Origin: a virus
Strand: one strand, 5' to 3'
Length of the DNA stretch: 64,000 bases
Virus record (IMG/VR): IMGVR_UViG_3300017987_000073
Location: 1-64,000 of that record
Part shown: in pieces, positions 39,479 to 47,724 of the stretch
Numbering within the stretch: position 1 is the stretch's first letter
Layout of the letters: each line of letters begins with the position of its first letter
The notes under the pieces: generated by a model
What the model saw: the letters and a program-made list of their open reading frames with translations, nothing else
What the model was told of the DNA's origin: nothing
Database searches by the model: none
Made by a program: the position numbers and the translations under genes

Positions 39479-40046
39479 AAGCCTCCCTGATCCTCCTCGC
39501 GTCCCTCTCCAGGTTCGTCCACTTCCGAAGCGTCGAGATCGGGTGACGCAGGAGCACCGCCTCCGCGAGCGTCCCGTCCACCCTCCTCCGACTCCCGAAG
39601 TCGCTTAACCCGAGGGGGGCGCCCGCCGCCCTCCCGAAGACCAAAACCCTCCTCAAGTTCGGAAGGATCTCCAGTTCTCTCCTCAAGTGAATCTTCCAGC
39701 ACGTCTCGACCTCCTCCGGTCTGAGTTCTCGGTTCCCCGGCGTCGCGCACTTCACCGCGTTCGTCGCGTAGACCTCCCGAAGGTCCAGCTCGGCGACCCT
39801 CGACAGATGCCAGAACGCCCGCGCCGCCCCGCGGAGCTTCAGCGCGGCCGCCCTGGACCCGAGCCGCCCGAGGAGCGGCGCCAAAAAGCACCCCACGCAC
39901 CCCCACCCCTCGGCCACGACAGATGGGTTCAACCCCACGACCGCGATCCTCGCCCCCGCCGGCCCGTACCCGACGCACCTCGGGAGACCGAGGTCACCGA
40001 GCCCGCAGGCGCGGCAAGCTCCGGTTCTTCTCAAGAGCACTCGCAC
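39459..40046 (-). CDS. uracil-DNA glycosylase superfamily domain (family 4/5-like, 4Fe-4S)
   Basis: CRAC, GLNPS, TNAVKC, ETC, HP. Confidence 0.85.
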   Translation of the reverse strand: MRVLLRRTGACRACGLGDLGLPRCVGYGPAGARIAVVGLNPSVVAEGWGCVGCFLAPLLGRLGSRAAALKLRGAARAFWHLSRVAELDLREVYATNAVKCATPGNRELRPEEVETCWKIHLRRELEILPNLRRVLVFGRAAGAPLGLSDFGSRRRVDGTLAEAVLLRHPISTLRKWTNLERDARRIREAFEPALT

Positions 40047-40569
40047 CCAAGATCCCCGCGTTCAACGCCGTCTCGACCCCTCGGATCAACTCCTCCCTCG
40101 CCTTCGTCCGATCCGAGGTCTCGATCCCCAGCAGGTTTCCCCCGAGCTTCAGCCACTCGTTCGCCACCTGGTAAAACGAACTCTGAATCTTTATCTCCGT
40201 CTCCAGCGTCCGCCGCGGAACCCCGTCCCGCTCGATCACCCGACGCCGAGCCGCTTCGACCGGACAGTCCAACAGGAAAACCCACACGCTCGCTGCGAGG
40301 TACCGCTTCAGGTCGTGGGAGTACCCCCTCATACCGTCGTACACGACCGAGGAGAGCGCCCAGCGGTCCGCCACGAAGTCGAAGCGCCGCGAGAACGCCA
40401 GCAGATCGAAGTTGCACTGAATCCCCAGCTTGTAGATCTCCACGTCCGAGAGCTCCCCGATCGCCCCGTGCCGCACCGAGTCGCGGAAGACGAAGAACCC
40501 GAACTGCTTCAGCGCCTCGCACGCCGTGGTCTTCCCCACGCCGTCGATCCCCTCGATCGCGATCAGCAC
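39994..40569 (-). CDS. dNMP (thymidylate-like) kinase
   Basis: IAIEGIDGVGKTT, ADRW..S..VY, FLLDC. Confidence 0.88.
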   Translation of the reverse strand: MLIAIEGIDGVGKTTACEALKQFGFFVFRDSVRHGAIGELSDVEIYKLGIQCNFDLLAFSRRFDFVADRWALSSVVYDGMRGYSHDLKRYLAASVWVFLLDCPVEAARRRVIERDGVPRRTLETEIKIQSSFYQVANEWLKLGGNLLGIETSDRTKAREELIRGVETALNAGILGASALEKNRSLPRLRAR

Positions 40570-41623
40570 GACGCCACCCCCTCCGAGGGTTGTCCGGACG
40601 GCCCGGCCCAAAAGCCCGCCTTGCCATCGACCTCGAAGAGCTGTCGATCGGTCCTCGCCAGGTCCTCGAAGGTGACGTCCTCCGGTCGATCCTCCTTCGC
40701 ACCCGGTATCACGATTCCTAGCTGCCTGGAGATCGTCTCCCGATCCGAGCACGCCTCGTTGAACTGCGCGACGTTCGGATCAGCGGGACCCGGACCCTTC
40801 ACCTGGTTCCGCCACACGATCGGTACAGACACCCGAACGCCTCCGCCGTCGTGTGCGCCCGGTGGTAGCAGCACGCCTCGACGAAGTCGCACCGCGGCCG
40901 GAGCCACTTCGAGAGGTAGGGAAACGCGTCGTCCTTCCCGAGCCTGTCCCGCAGGAGCCACGCCACCGCGACCGTGTCCTCCGCCTCGCTGAACGTCATC
41001 CGCTTGGCGCAGAGGTTCTTCAGCGCGGCGTAGTTAATCGACATCACGAACCGGTGCACGCACGAGATCGGGAGCAACTCCCGCGCCTCCTGCCAGGAGG
41101 TCACCCCGTCCGACAGAAACTGACCGTAAGCTCGCTTCGCGTGCTCCGCCACGTCGATCGCCTTCTTCAGCTTCATCGGATCCCGCCACGTCGACTCGTG
41201 GAACCGAAAGGGGACGTCCGCGTGGTTGTTGTCCCGCGTCCCGAGCGACGCGAAGACCACCCCGAGCCTCGCCCGGGCGATCTGGTCGAAGCTCCACCTC
41301 GAGAGCCCCTGCACCGCGAAGGTGAACTTCGGCGCCTCGAGCGCCAGGGGAAGCGCCCGCCCCATAAGCACCGACCGCACCACCTCGAATCGGTGCTCCG
41401 GCTTTGTCCGATCCCACCTTATCGCCTGGTTCGAGACCGCCGATCCCCAGGTCGCCACCGCCATCGTGAAGAGCGACCGGTAGGGGTTCATCGGCGCGTC
41501 GATCAGATCCACCTGAATCCCCTCGACCCCTCGGAAGTACCGCGTCTTGACCCGCGGCGCCTGGTGAGGGAGCGTCCCCAGTTGCTCCCGTATTTCCCTG
41601 ATTATCTCCGCTCTGCTTCTCAT
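40563..41623 (-). CDS. divergent ThyX-fold flavoenzyme (second paralog); apparent frameshift near 40812 joins a C-terminal extension
   Basis: ALEAPKFTFAVQGLSRWSFDQIARAR..GTR, QEARELLP, INY..L....KR. Confidence 0.8.
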
Positions 41624-42576
41624 CTCGACCCCTCCAAAATTCTGCTCACCTCCTCGAGCGCCCGCCCAAGGTCGGAGACCTTCGTCGCCCCCTCCACGTC
41701 GATCCCCCGGTTCAACTCCCCGGCCACCAGCACCACCCGCCGACCGATCCCCACGACGTCGGACGCGACGACCGGGTCGTCCTCCACCATCGCCACGAGT
41801 CCCGGGAAGTCGTCGAGGATCTTCCGGTGCTTCTCCGGGTGGAAGAGGATCCCGTCGAACCGAAGTTTGTTTGAGTTGAGCCACTCCAAAGTGTCGGCGT
41901 AAATCCGACTGAAGCGCCAGTAAGGACGACGCGAGAGGAGAACCACCGTCCCACCGGCCGCGCGAATCCCGTCCAGGAGCTCCTTCGCCCCCTCCTTCAC
42001 CCCCTGGAACCGTTTCTCCCCGCTCCGACGGTAGTGATCCTTGCTGATTTCGTAACCCTCCGCCCCGATACTCGCCTTCAAATCGGCTCGCGTCTCCGCG
42101 TTCACGTCGTTCGGAAGTGACTTCCGCGCGAACTTCAGGTACGAGGTCGGCCAGTCGTTAAGAACCCCGTCGACGTCCACCCCGACGATCGGGTCGCTCG
42201 GAGAGATCGCCCGGAGCCGCCGCTCCATCCCGTACCGACACTCCACGACCTGACTCTTCCTCCCGAACTCCTCGAAGACCTCGGCCGCCGTGAAGCCCCA
42301 GACGTTCGCCAGGCCCAGCAGGAACTTGAAGCAGTCGACCCACTCCTCGAGCGCGTTGGACCGCACCACCTCCCCGCCTCCGGCTTGGTGCATCTTCCAG
42401 GGCGTCTCCCGGAGGAACTCGTGGAGCTCCCCCTCCACGTGAAGAACGAATTGCTTCGTCCACTCCACCCGGCCCGCCTTCGAGAGCTCGTCCAGGTCGA
42501 GCCGGTGGTCCTGGAACACCCTCCGATTGAACTCCCGTTGACGATCGAAGATCTCGTCCAGTCTATCCGATTGCAT
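41620..42576 (-). CDS. all-alpha dNTP pyrophosphatase (dimeric dUTPase/dCTPase-like) fused to HAD 5'-nucleotidase
   Basis: GELHEF..PWKMH..LEEWVDCFKF; DVDGVL...VEDD. Confidence 0.85.
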   Translation of the reverse strand: MQSDRLDEIFDRQREFNRRVFQDHRLDLDELSKAGRVEWTKQFVLHVEGELHEFLRETPWKMHQAGGGEVVRSNALEEWVDCFKFLLGLANVWGFTAAEVFEEFGRKSQVVECRYGMERRLRAISPSDPIVGVDVDGVLNDWPTSYLKFARKSLPNDVNAETRADLKASIGAEGYEISKDHYRRSGEKRFQGVKEGAKELLDGIRAAGGTVVLLSRRPYWRFSRIYADTLEWLNSNKLRFDGILFHPEKHRKILDDFPGLVAMVEDDPVVASDVVGIGRRVVLVAGELNRGIDVEGATKVSDLGRALEEVSRILEGSR

Positions 42577-43522
42577 ACAACTCCTCCGCGACGTCGTGGA
42601 TCCGGATCGCGTGGTCCCACCGCGCCATCCGTCCGACGTGTCTGACCAGACCTCCCCACTCCTCCGCCTCCCTCGAGTCCCCGAGCACCTGCACCCGTGC
42701 GCTCGGTCCAACGTGCACCGCCTCGACCGCCTCGCAGAACCCCAACGGGGCGTCGATCGAGTTGAACTCGTAGACGCACCCCCGCGCGGGAGGCCCGCAG
42801 AGGAACTTCACCCGGTCGAAAAGAAGCGCCGGCTCCACGTTGTACAGAAACTCCCGAACACCCCGCCGCCGCTCCTTGGCGATCCCCACGTTGAACGGCT
42901 TCCCCACGACCCACGTCTTCCACCCCGCTGAATACTCCCGCCGATCTCGGAACCCCTGGGTATTGGTGAATTCGGGGGTCAGAGAGTCCCAGATCGGCGC
43001 CGGGAGGGTGTTGATCACCCGAGTCGCCCGAACGGGTTCCTCCAACCCCTGGACCCGAAGAAACGCCTCCACGGCCCCGGAGCTCGTGACCTCGAGCACG
43101 CGTCCAGGAACAATCGTCACTCGCGCCTCGAGACGCCGAACCAGTTCATCCACCGAGACGTCGAACGTCTCGATCCCACCCGAGCGCCCCGAGCTCGCCG
43201 CCGAGTCCGGAACCAGCGTCTTCAGACCCTTCAACCCTCGACTCCGGCGGTAGTAGTAGGCGCGGAGTTCCTCGGGCACTCGGTCCACCACCTCACCACC
43301 CGGGGCGATCCAACCGAACCGCACCGTCCGAGGGCGAAACCCTCCCCCTCCAACCTCCTTCAGGAGCCGCTCCGTCGCCGGAGTCCTCCACAGGTAAGTC
43401 GGGGCTAACTCCCGAAGTCGAGAATCACCACCGACGTTGTCCCCGATCACGAGGTCCGCGCGCAGTATCGCCGCGGCCACGAGCCCGACCGGACCCGCTC
43501 CCAACACCACCGTTCTGTTCAT
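42563..43522 (-). CDS. FAD-dependent oxidoreductase (UDP-galactopyranose mutase/HemY-like fold)
   Basis: VVLGAGPVGLVAA, VGG, INTLP, VGRMARW. Confidence 0.75.
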   Translation of the reverse strand: MNRTVVLGAGPVGLVAAAILRADLVIGDNVGGDSRLRELAPTYLWRTPATERLLKEVGGGGFRPRTVRFGWIAPGGEVVDRVPEELRAYYYRRSRGLKGLKTLVPDSAASSGRSGGIETFDVSVDELVRRLEARVTIVPGRVLEVTSSGAVEAFLRVQGLEEPVRATRVINTLPAPIWDSLTPEFTNTQGFRDRREYSAGWKTWVVGKPFNVGIAKERRRGVREFLYNVEPALLFDRVKFLCGPPARGCVYEFNSIDAPLGFCEAVEAVHVGPSARVQVLGDSREAEEWGGLVRHVGRMARWDHAIRIHDVAEELYAIG

Positions 43523-43525
43523 GGA

Positions 43526-44236
43526 TCACCCGGAGTAACGACGCATCACGCGAAGACAGATCGCGATCACGTCCTTCGCGATCTCCCCCACGTAGAAGTA
43601 ATTGGACCTCCCGAGATGACGACGCTTTCGCTCGACCGCGTCGTGAAACTCCAGCCCGTCGATCTCGTCCAGAAAACCGTCGTCAACCGAGAAGTGGACG
43701 TTGAGACCACGACGAAACACCGCGAATCTCCTCACGAGGTTGTTGTCGTAGTAGGTCGTATATTGACCGTTTCGCTTCTTGGTCCAGCCGTCCGGCAGGT
43801 GCTCGGCGAGCTTCTCGTTGATCTGATCCGCCTCGATCCCGGAGAGGTCCGATTGTCGGGTCTTGTCCCGCCGCTCCTTCTCCTTGCGCTCGACCTCCTC
43901 GACCACCTCGTTTCGGTCCCGACCGTCGACCTGAACCCCGACCTTCTTCGCCCGCTTCTGGAGTTCCTCGGCGTCGATCTGCGGGTCCTCCGTGTCGTCC
44001 AGCACCACCCCGCACGCCCAGCACACCTCGATATCCCCGTCGATCGGCGACTGACACTTCCCGCAGACGTAGGGAAGGTCGTGCTCCTCCTCCTCGAGCT
44101 TCTTCAGCACCTCCGTGTGGGCGGTCTGAAGCTGGCGTGCCCTGGGCTTCCACCCGAAGGCTTTCTCGCAACTATCCTTGAGGGTCTTCAAGTTCAAAAC
44201 CTTGAATCGCGGTCCCTCCAGTTCCGGTGTCGTCAT
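43526..44236 (-). CDS. Zn-ribbon hypothetical protein
   Basis: GGAGGTGA SD; CGKC..CWAC. Confidence 0.7.
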   Translation of the reverse strand: MTTPELEGPRFKVLNLKTLKDSCEKAFGWKPRARQLQTAHTEVLKKLEEEEHDLPYVCGKCQSPIDGDIEVCWACGVVLDDTEDPQIDAEELQKRAKKVGVQVDGRDRNEVVEEVERKEKERRDKTRQSDLSGIEADQINEKLAEHLPDGWTKKRNGQYTTYYDNNLVRRFAVFRRGLNVHFSVDDGFLDEIDGLEFHDAVERKRRHLGRSNYFYVGEIAKDVIAICLRVMRRYSG

Positions 44237-44271
44237 CTTCACCTCCTGTCCCTTCATATCCGAAAATGTAC

Positions 44272-44859
44272 CTACTCGATCAAATCCTCGAACGCCGCTC
44301 TCAGTTCGGAGATGATCGGATCGCCCGGCTCCAGAGGTGAGTCGTCTACCTCCAGGATCTTGGCGATCACCACGCGAGCCTCCGCGCTCAGCTTGCGCTC
44401 TGCCCCCCGGATCAGGAGCTCGACCGCGAACTCCTCCTCCGTGTGGATCGACCCAAGGTCCCCGTCCGTGATCTCGGTCGGCGTCTCCGGGTTGACCAAC
44501 CGGCGCGCCTGCCACCACATCGCGGTCCGCGCCGAGCACTCGACGAACGTCCCGAGCGTCACGAGCTCCGAGACGCCCCGGATCCCGTGCTCCTCGAGCG
44601 CGTGTTCCACGAGGTCCCTCCGCTGGAGGAAGACCTCGCCGCACCTGGAGCAGAACCAGACGAATCGGCGCGTGCTCTTCGAGATCGACAGGAGACCCTC
44701 GTTCACGAGGTCGTCCGCGGTCGCGGACGGGAGGGTGGGAAACTTCTGGAGGGTGACGTTCGCGGTCCTCTTCAACCACTCCCCGTACTCGACCGCCACC
44801 TGATTAAACGTGTTGTTGCTTGGCTTTGCCCGATACTCCCTCAGCACGGACTCGTTCAT
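44272..44859 (-). CDS. sigma70 region-2-like protein with inserted C2H2 zinc finger
   Basis: ADDLVNEGLLSISKSTRRF-[CSRCGEVF..DLVEHALEEH]-LGTFV...AMWWQAR. Confidence 0.65.
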   Translation of the reverse strand: MNESVLREYRAKPSNNTFNQVAVEYGEWLKRTANVTLQKFPTLPSATADDLVNEGLLSISKSTRRFVWFCSRCGEVFLQRRDLVEHALEEHGIRGVSELVTLGTFVECSARTAMWWQARRLVNPETPTEITDGDLGSIHTEEEFAVELLIRGAERKLSAEARVVIAKILEVDDSPLEPGDPIISELRAAFEDLIE

Positions 44860-44861
44860 AG

Positions 44862-44941
44862 GCGACCTCCTTTGAGAAGGTCGCGTCTTATCGCATACCT
44901 TATTATTTGTAAAGCTTAAAGTGAAGGGTCGAGGAAGTGTA
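44862..44941 (-). promoter_or_regulatory. promoter and SD-occluding hairpin for the sigma-like gene
   Basis: TTTACA-17-TAAGAC; GCGACCTTC-TCAAA-GGAGGTCGC stem covers the SD. Confidence 0.6.
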
Positions 44942-44943
44942 GT

Positions 44944-45660
44944 CTAACCGGCGACTTGTGCGGCCTCCTCCTCCGCCTTGAGCCGAGAGAGACGCTCGTA
45001 GGTCAGGAGGACGGACCGCACGTTCGAGGCGTACCAGATCCCCCCGTTTTTCGACTTCACGCCCCGGTTGTTCAGCCGCTCGGCGATCGCGTGGTAAGGG
45101 AACCCGCTCTCCCGGAGCTGCACCATCCGCAGGAGAACCTTCATCTCGGGCCCGTGCTCGACGAGCTGCTTCCCCTCCTTGGCGAACCCGAAGGGCGTCT
45201 TCCCGTAGACCCGCCGCTGGCGCGCGCACCGCTCCGAGGCGTCCCGGCACCTCCGGGAGATCTGCTCCCGCTCCATCTCGGCGACCGCAGCGAGGATCGT
45301 GAGGGTGAATCTCCCGTGAGGCGTCGAGGAGTCGATCTGCTCCCGGACACTCACGAACCCGCGACCAGCGCGCTGGAGCTGGGATACCAACCCCAAAAAG
45401 TCCAGCACCGACCGGGAGAGTCGATCGATCGCGTAGACGATCAGGGCGTCCGCCTCCCCGTCCAGGACCCGCTCGAACGCCTCCCGCACCCCCGGCCGGT
45501 TTAGAGACTTCCCGCTCTTCCCCTCGTCCCGGATCACGTCCACGATCTCCGCGTCGACCAGGTCGGCGTAGGACCTTATCTTCGCCTCCTGGTCCGCGAG
45601 GGAAACCCCGTTCTTCGCTTGGTGAGCCGTAGATACCCGAATATACGAGATTAGCTTCAT
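44944..45660 (-). CDS. serine recombinase (resolvase catalytic domain plus short recombinase DNA-binding domain)
   Basis: YIRVST, SGKSLNRPG, DRLSRS, AEMERE, PFGF. Confidence 0.95.
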   Translation of the reverse strand: MKLISYIRVSTAHQAKNGVSLADQEAKIRSYADLVDAEIVDVIRDEGKSGKSLNRPGVREAFERVLDGEADALIVYAIDRLSRSVLDFLGLVSQLQRAGRGFVSVREQIDSSTPHGRFTLTILAAVAEMEREQISRRCRDASERCARQRRVYGKTPFGFAKEGKQLVEHGPEMKVLLRMVQLRESGFPYHAIAERLNNRGVKSKNGGIWYASNVRSVLLTYERLSRLKAEEEAAQVAG

Positions 45661-45670
45661 CTCTCCACCT

Positions 45671-45735
45671 CCCTTATACACTTATTGTAGCAGTTTAATA
45701 CAGTTTGTAAAGGGAAGTGTACAACTAAGTGTACG
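45671..45735 (-). promoter_or_regulatory. recombinase promoter / possible res-like site
   Basis: TTTACA-16-TACAAT with TGn; four TACA(C/G)TT motifs in both orientations. Confidence 0.65.
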
Positions 45736-46350
45736 TCACTCGACGTAGGTCTTCCGGAGGGCGTCGACGTCGCGCGAGGAGAAGGCGGTTCCGCCGCCGT
45801 CGAGAGTGGGGTACATGATCGAGGACCTCTCCCGATCGTGGTCGAGCCCGAAGACGTGCCCGAACTCGTGGAGCGCGGCCCGCCGGAGGGTCTCCCCCTC
45901 GAGCTCGCGGTCGAAGCTCACCGTCGCGGAGAGGATCCTCCCGTCCCGCTTGTCGAAGCGGTGCTGAGTCACCGCCCCGTGGCTCTCGACGTCCTCCTCG
46001 GCGTCCCGGAGCTTGAGGTAAACCGACCCGTCCGGAGCCCACCTGAGCGCCTCCTGGAGCGCCCAGGGGACGCAGGGACCCAAGAGGTCGCCGACCTCCC
46101 GCTTGACCTCCTGGCGGACGCTCTCGTAAGCCTCCAGGTACTTCCCGGGCAGGTCCGCCGCGTGGAAGCAGGAGATCGGAAGGTCCGAGCGCGTCCACTT
46201 GAGCTCGTGTCCGTCCCGCTCCAGAAAAGTGAGGTCCCCCGGCCGGACGATCAGAGCGTAGATCACCCCACCGACCGAGAGTATCGCGATCGCCGCGCCG
46301 ATCCACGCCGTCCAAGGGTCAGTTTTGAACAAGCTCAGCAACCACTTCAC
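45736..46350 (-). CDS. matrixin-family (metzincin) metalloprotease with N-terminal TM
   Basis: HEFGHVFGLDH and SIMYP Met-turn. Confidence 0.88.
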   Translation of the reverse strand: MKWLLSLFKTDPWTAWIGAAIAILSVGGVIYALIVRPGDLTFLERDGHELKWTRSDLPISCFHAADLPGKYLEAYESVRQEVKREVGDLLGPCVPWALQEALRWAPDGSVYLKLRDAEEDVESHGAVTQHRFDKRDGRILSATVSFDRELEGETLRRAALHEFGHVFGLDHDRERSSIMYPTLDGGGTAFSSRDVDALRKTYVE

Positions 46351-46574
46351 GACGCCTTCTCCATTTCCACGCGCCGGTCGTACCCGTCGAGGTACGCCTT
46401 CGCGTCGCTCACGTGGATCAACCACCCTCGACTACCGGGCGGCCGACTCGCGCGCAGTTTCCCGGATCTGATGTCGTACAGAACCGCGACGCGCGTGATC
46501 CCCCGCGCCGCGGCCACCTCCGGGAGGGTGATGAAGTTTCTGTTGGGGTGTCTGGTCGCTCTCTCTTCGCACAT
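46347..46574 (-). CDS. excisionase-like HTH protein
   Basis: ITLPEVA...IRSGKLRA...WLI. Confidence 0.75.
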   Translation of the reverse strand: MCEERATRHPNRNFITLPEVAAARGITRVAVLYDIRSGKLRASRPPGSRGWLIHVSDAKAYLDGYDRRVEMEKAS

Positions 46575-46575
46575 C

Positions 46576-47724
46576 TCACGATCTCCTGACCCCGGTCCGA
46601 AACCTGACCCTGACCCGAGCCACCTCCGCCGGCGGACGAAGCGCGTCCAAGATCACCGCCTCGTCCGCGTCCCCCGGGTCGGTTCCCGCCGGGAGTTGCC
46701 TCACCGCAACCCGGGTGAAACTCCCGAGTTGCTCCTCCACCGTCTTAGCGAGAGTTTCGCCGCCCTCGTCTCCGTCGGCCATATGGATGAGGAAAGGCGC
46801 CGTCCGGAGGTGCTTCGCCTGCGCCGCGTAGAGACGCCCACCGAGCGTCGCCGCGACCGAGTAGTCGAAGCCGTGGTTTTCCACGATCCCACGTACCCGC
46901 TCGGCGTCGAAGTTCCCCTCGACCAGAACCACCGGCCTCCCGGGAACGATCCCGTCGGGCGCCCAGAGCACTCCGGCGCCCTTCCCCAGCGGGAGCCCGG
47001 GGCAGTATCGCCCCTTCAGGTTCGATGCTAGCCGTTTGGTCGTCCCCCGCAGGTACCAGTTGACGACCCGCCCCTCCCACCTAATCGGGAAGAGAACCCC
47101 CGGGACCGTCTTCCCGATCGCCGTCTTGAGCCGTTCCCCCGCGTTGTACACCACCCGAACGTCGAGCTCCCGCGCCCGCTCGGGTGAAATGAACCTCCGC
47201 TCCAGGTACCGCTGGAAACTCTCCTCCGCCTCATCGATCGGCTTGTTCGGCGGGAAGAGGAGCTCCGTCCAGTCCGCCGACCGGATCCGACGATTCTCGA
47301 TCTTTGGGTCGGAGGTCCCGAATCCCTCCCGGTTCAGAAACTCCCTCCGAATCCAGGCGGCCGCCGCCGACCGTTGCTCCTCGTTCGGCCAATTCAACTT
47401 TCCGTCCTCGCGCTCCCCCCACAGGTCGAACTTGATCTTCGCGACCAGGTCGAGGAAGTTGAACCCCCTCATCGAGTCGTCCGGGTGCGACCAGCAGTTG
47501 AACCACCCGAGCCGACACCTCCCTTCGTCGTTCTCCTCGTCCTCGACGCAGACGTGGAAGCTCGGGTGCTCGTCCTCGTGGTCCGGATCCGGACACTCCG
47601 CGTAAACGTCAGGCCCGTTGTACCAGAGCACCTCGATCCCGAGCTCCTCGAGCACCTCCTCCATATCCACTTTCCGGAGGAGCCGCTGCACCCGCTCCAG
47701 ATCCCGGTCCCGCCTCGACGTCAC
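46576..47724 (-). CDS. DNA primase (Zn-binding plus Toprim)
   Basis: CPDPDH..PSF..FNC; VEGNFD; DGDEGG; DPG. Confidence 0.9.
   Translation of the reverse strand: MTSRRDRDLERVQRLLRKVDMEEVLEELGIEVLWYNGPDVYAECPDPDHEDEHPSFHVCVEDEENDEGRCRLGWFNCWSHPDDSMRGFNFLDLVAKIKFDLWGEREDGKLNWPNEEQRSAAAAWIRREFLNREGFGTSDPKIENRRIRSADWTELLFPPNKPIDEAEESFQRYLERRFISPERARELDVRVVYNAGERLKTAIGKTVPGVLFPIRWEGRVVNWYLRGTTKRLASNLKGRYCPGLPLGKGAGVLWAPDGIVPGRPVVLVEGNFDAERVRGIVENHGFDYSVAATLGGRLYAAQAKHLRTAPFLIHMADGDEGGETLAKTVEEQLGSFTRVAVRQLPAGTDPGDADEAVILDALRPPAEVARVRVRFRTGVRRS

Noticed and set aside
39479-39978. N-terminal extension of PolB from the ORF track
   Set aside because: G/R-rich off-frame reading of the UDG-like gene
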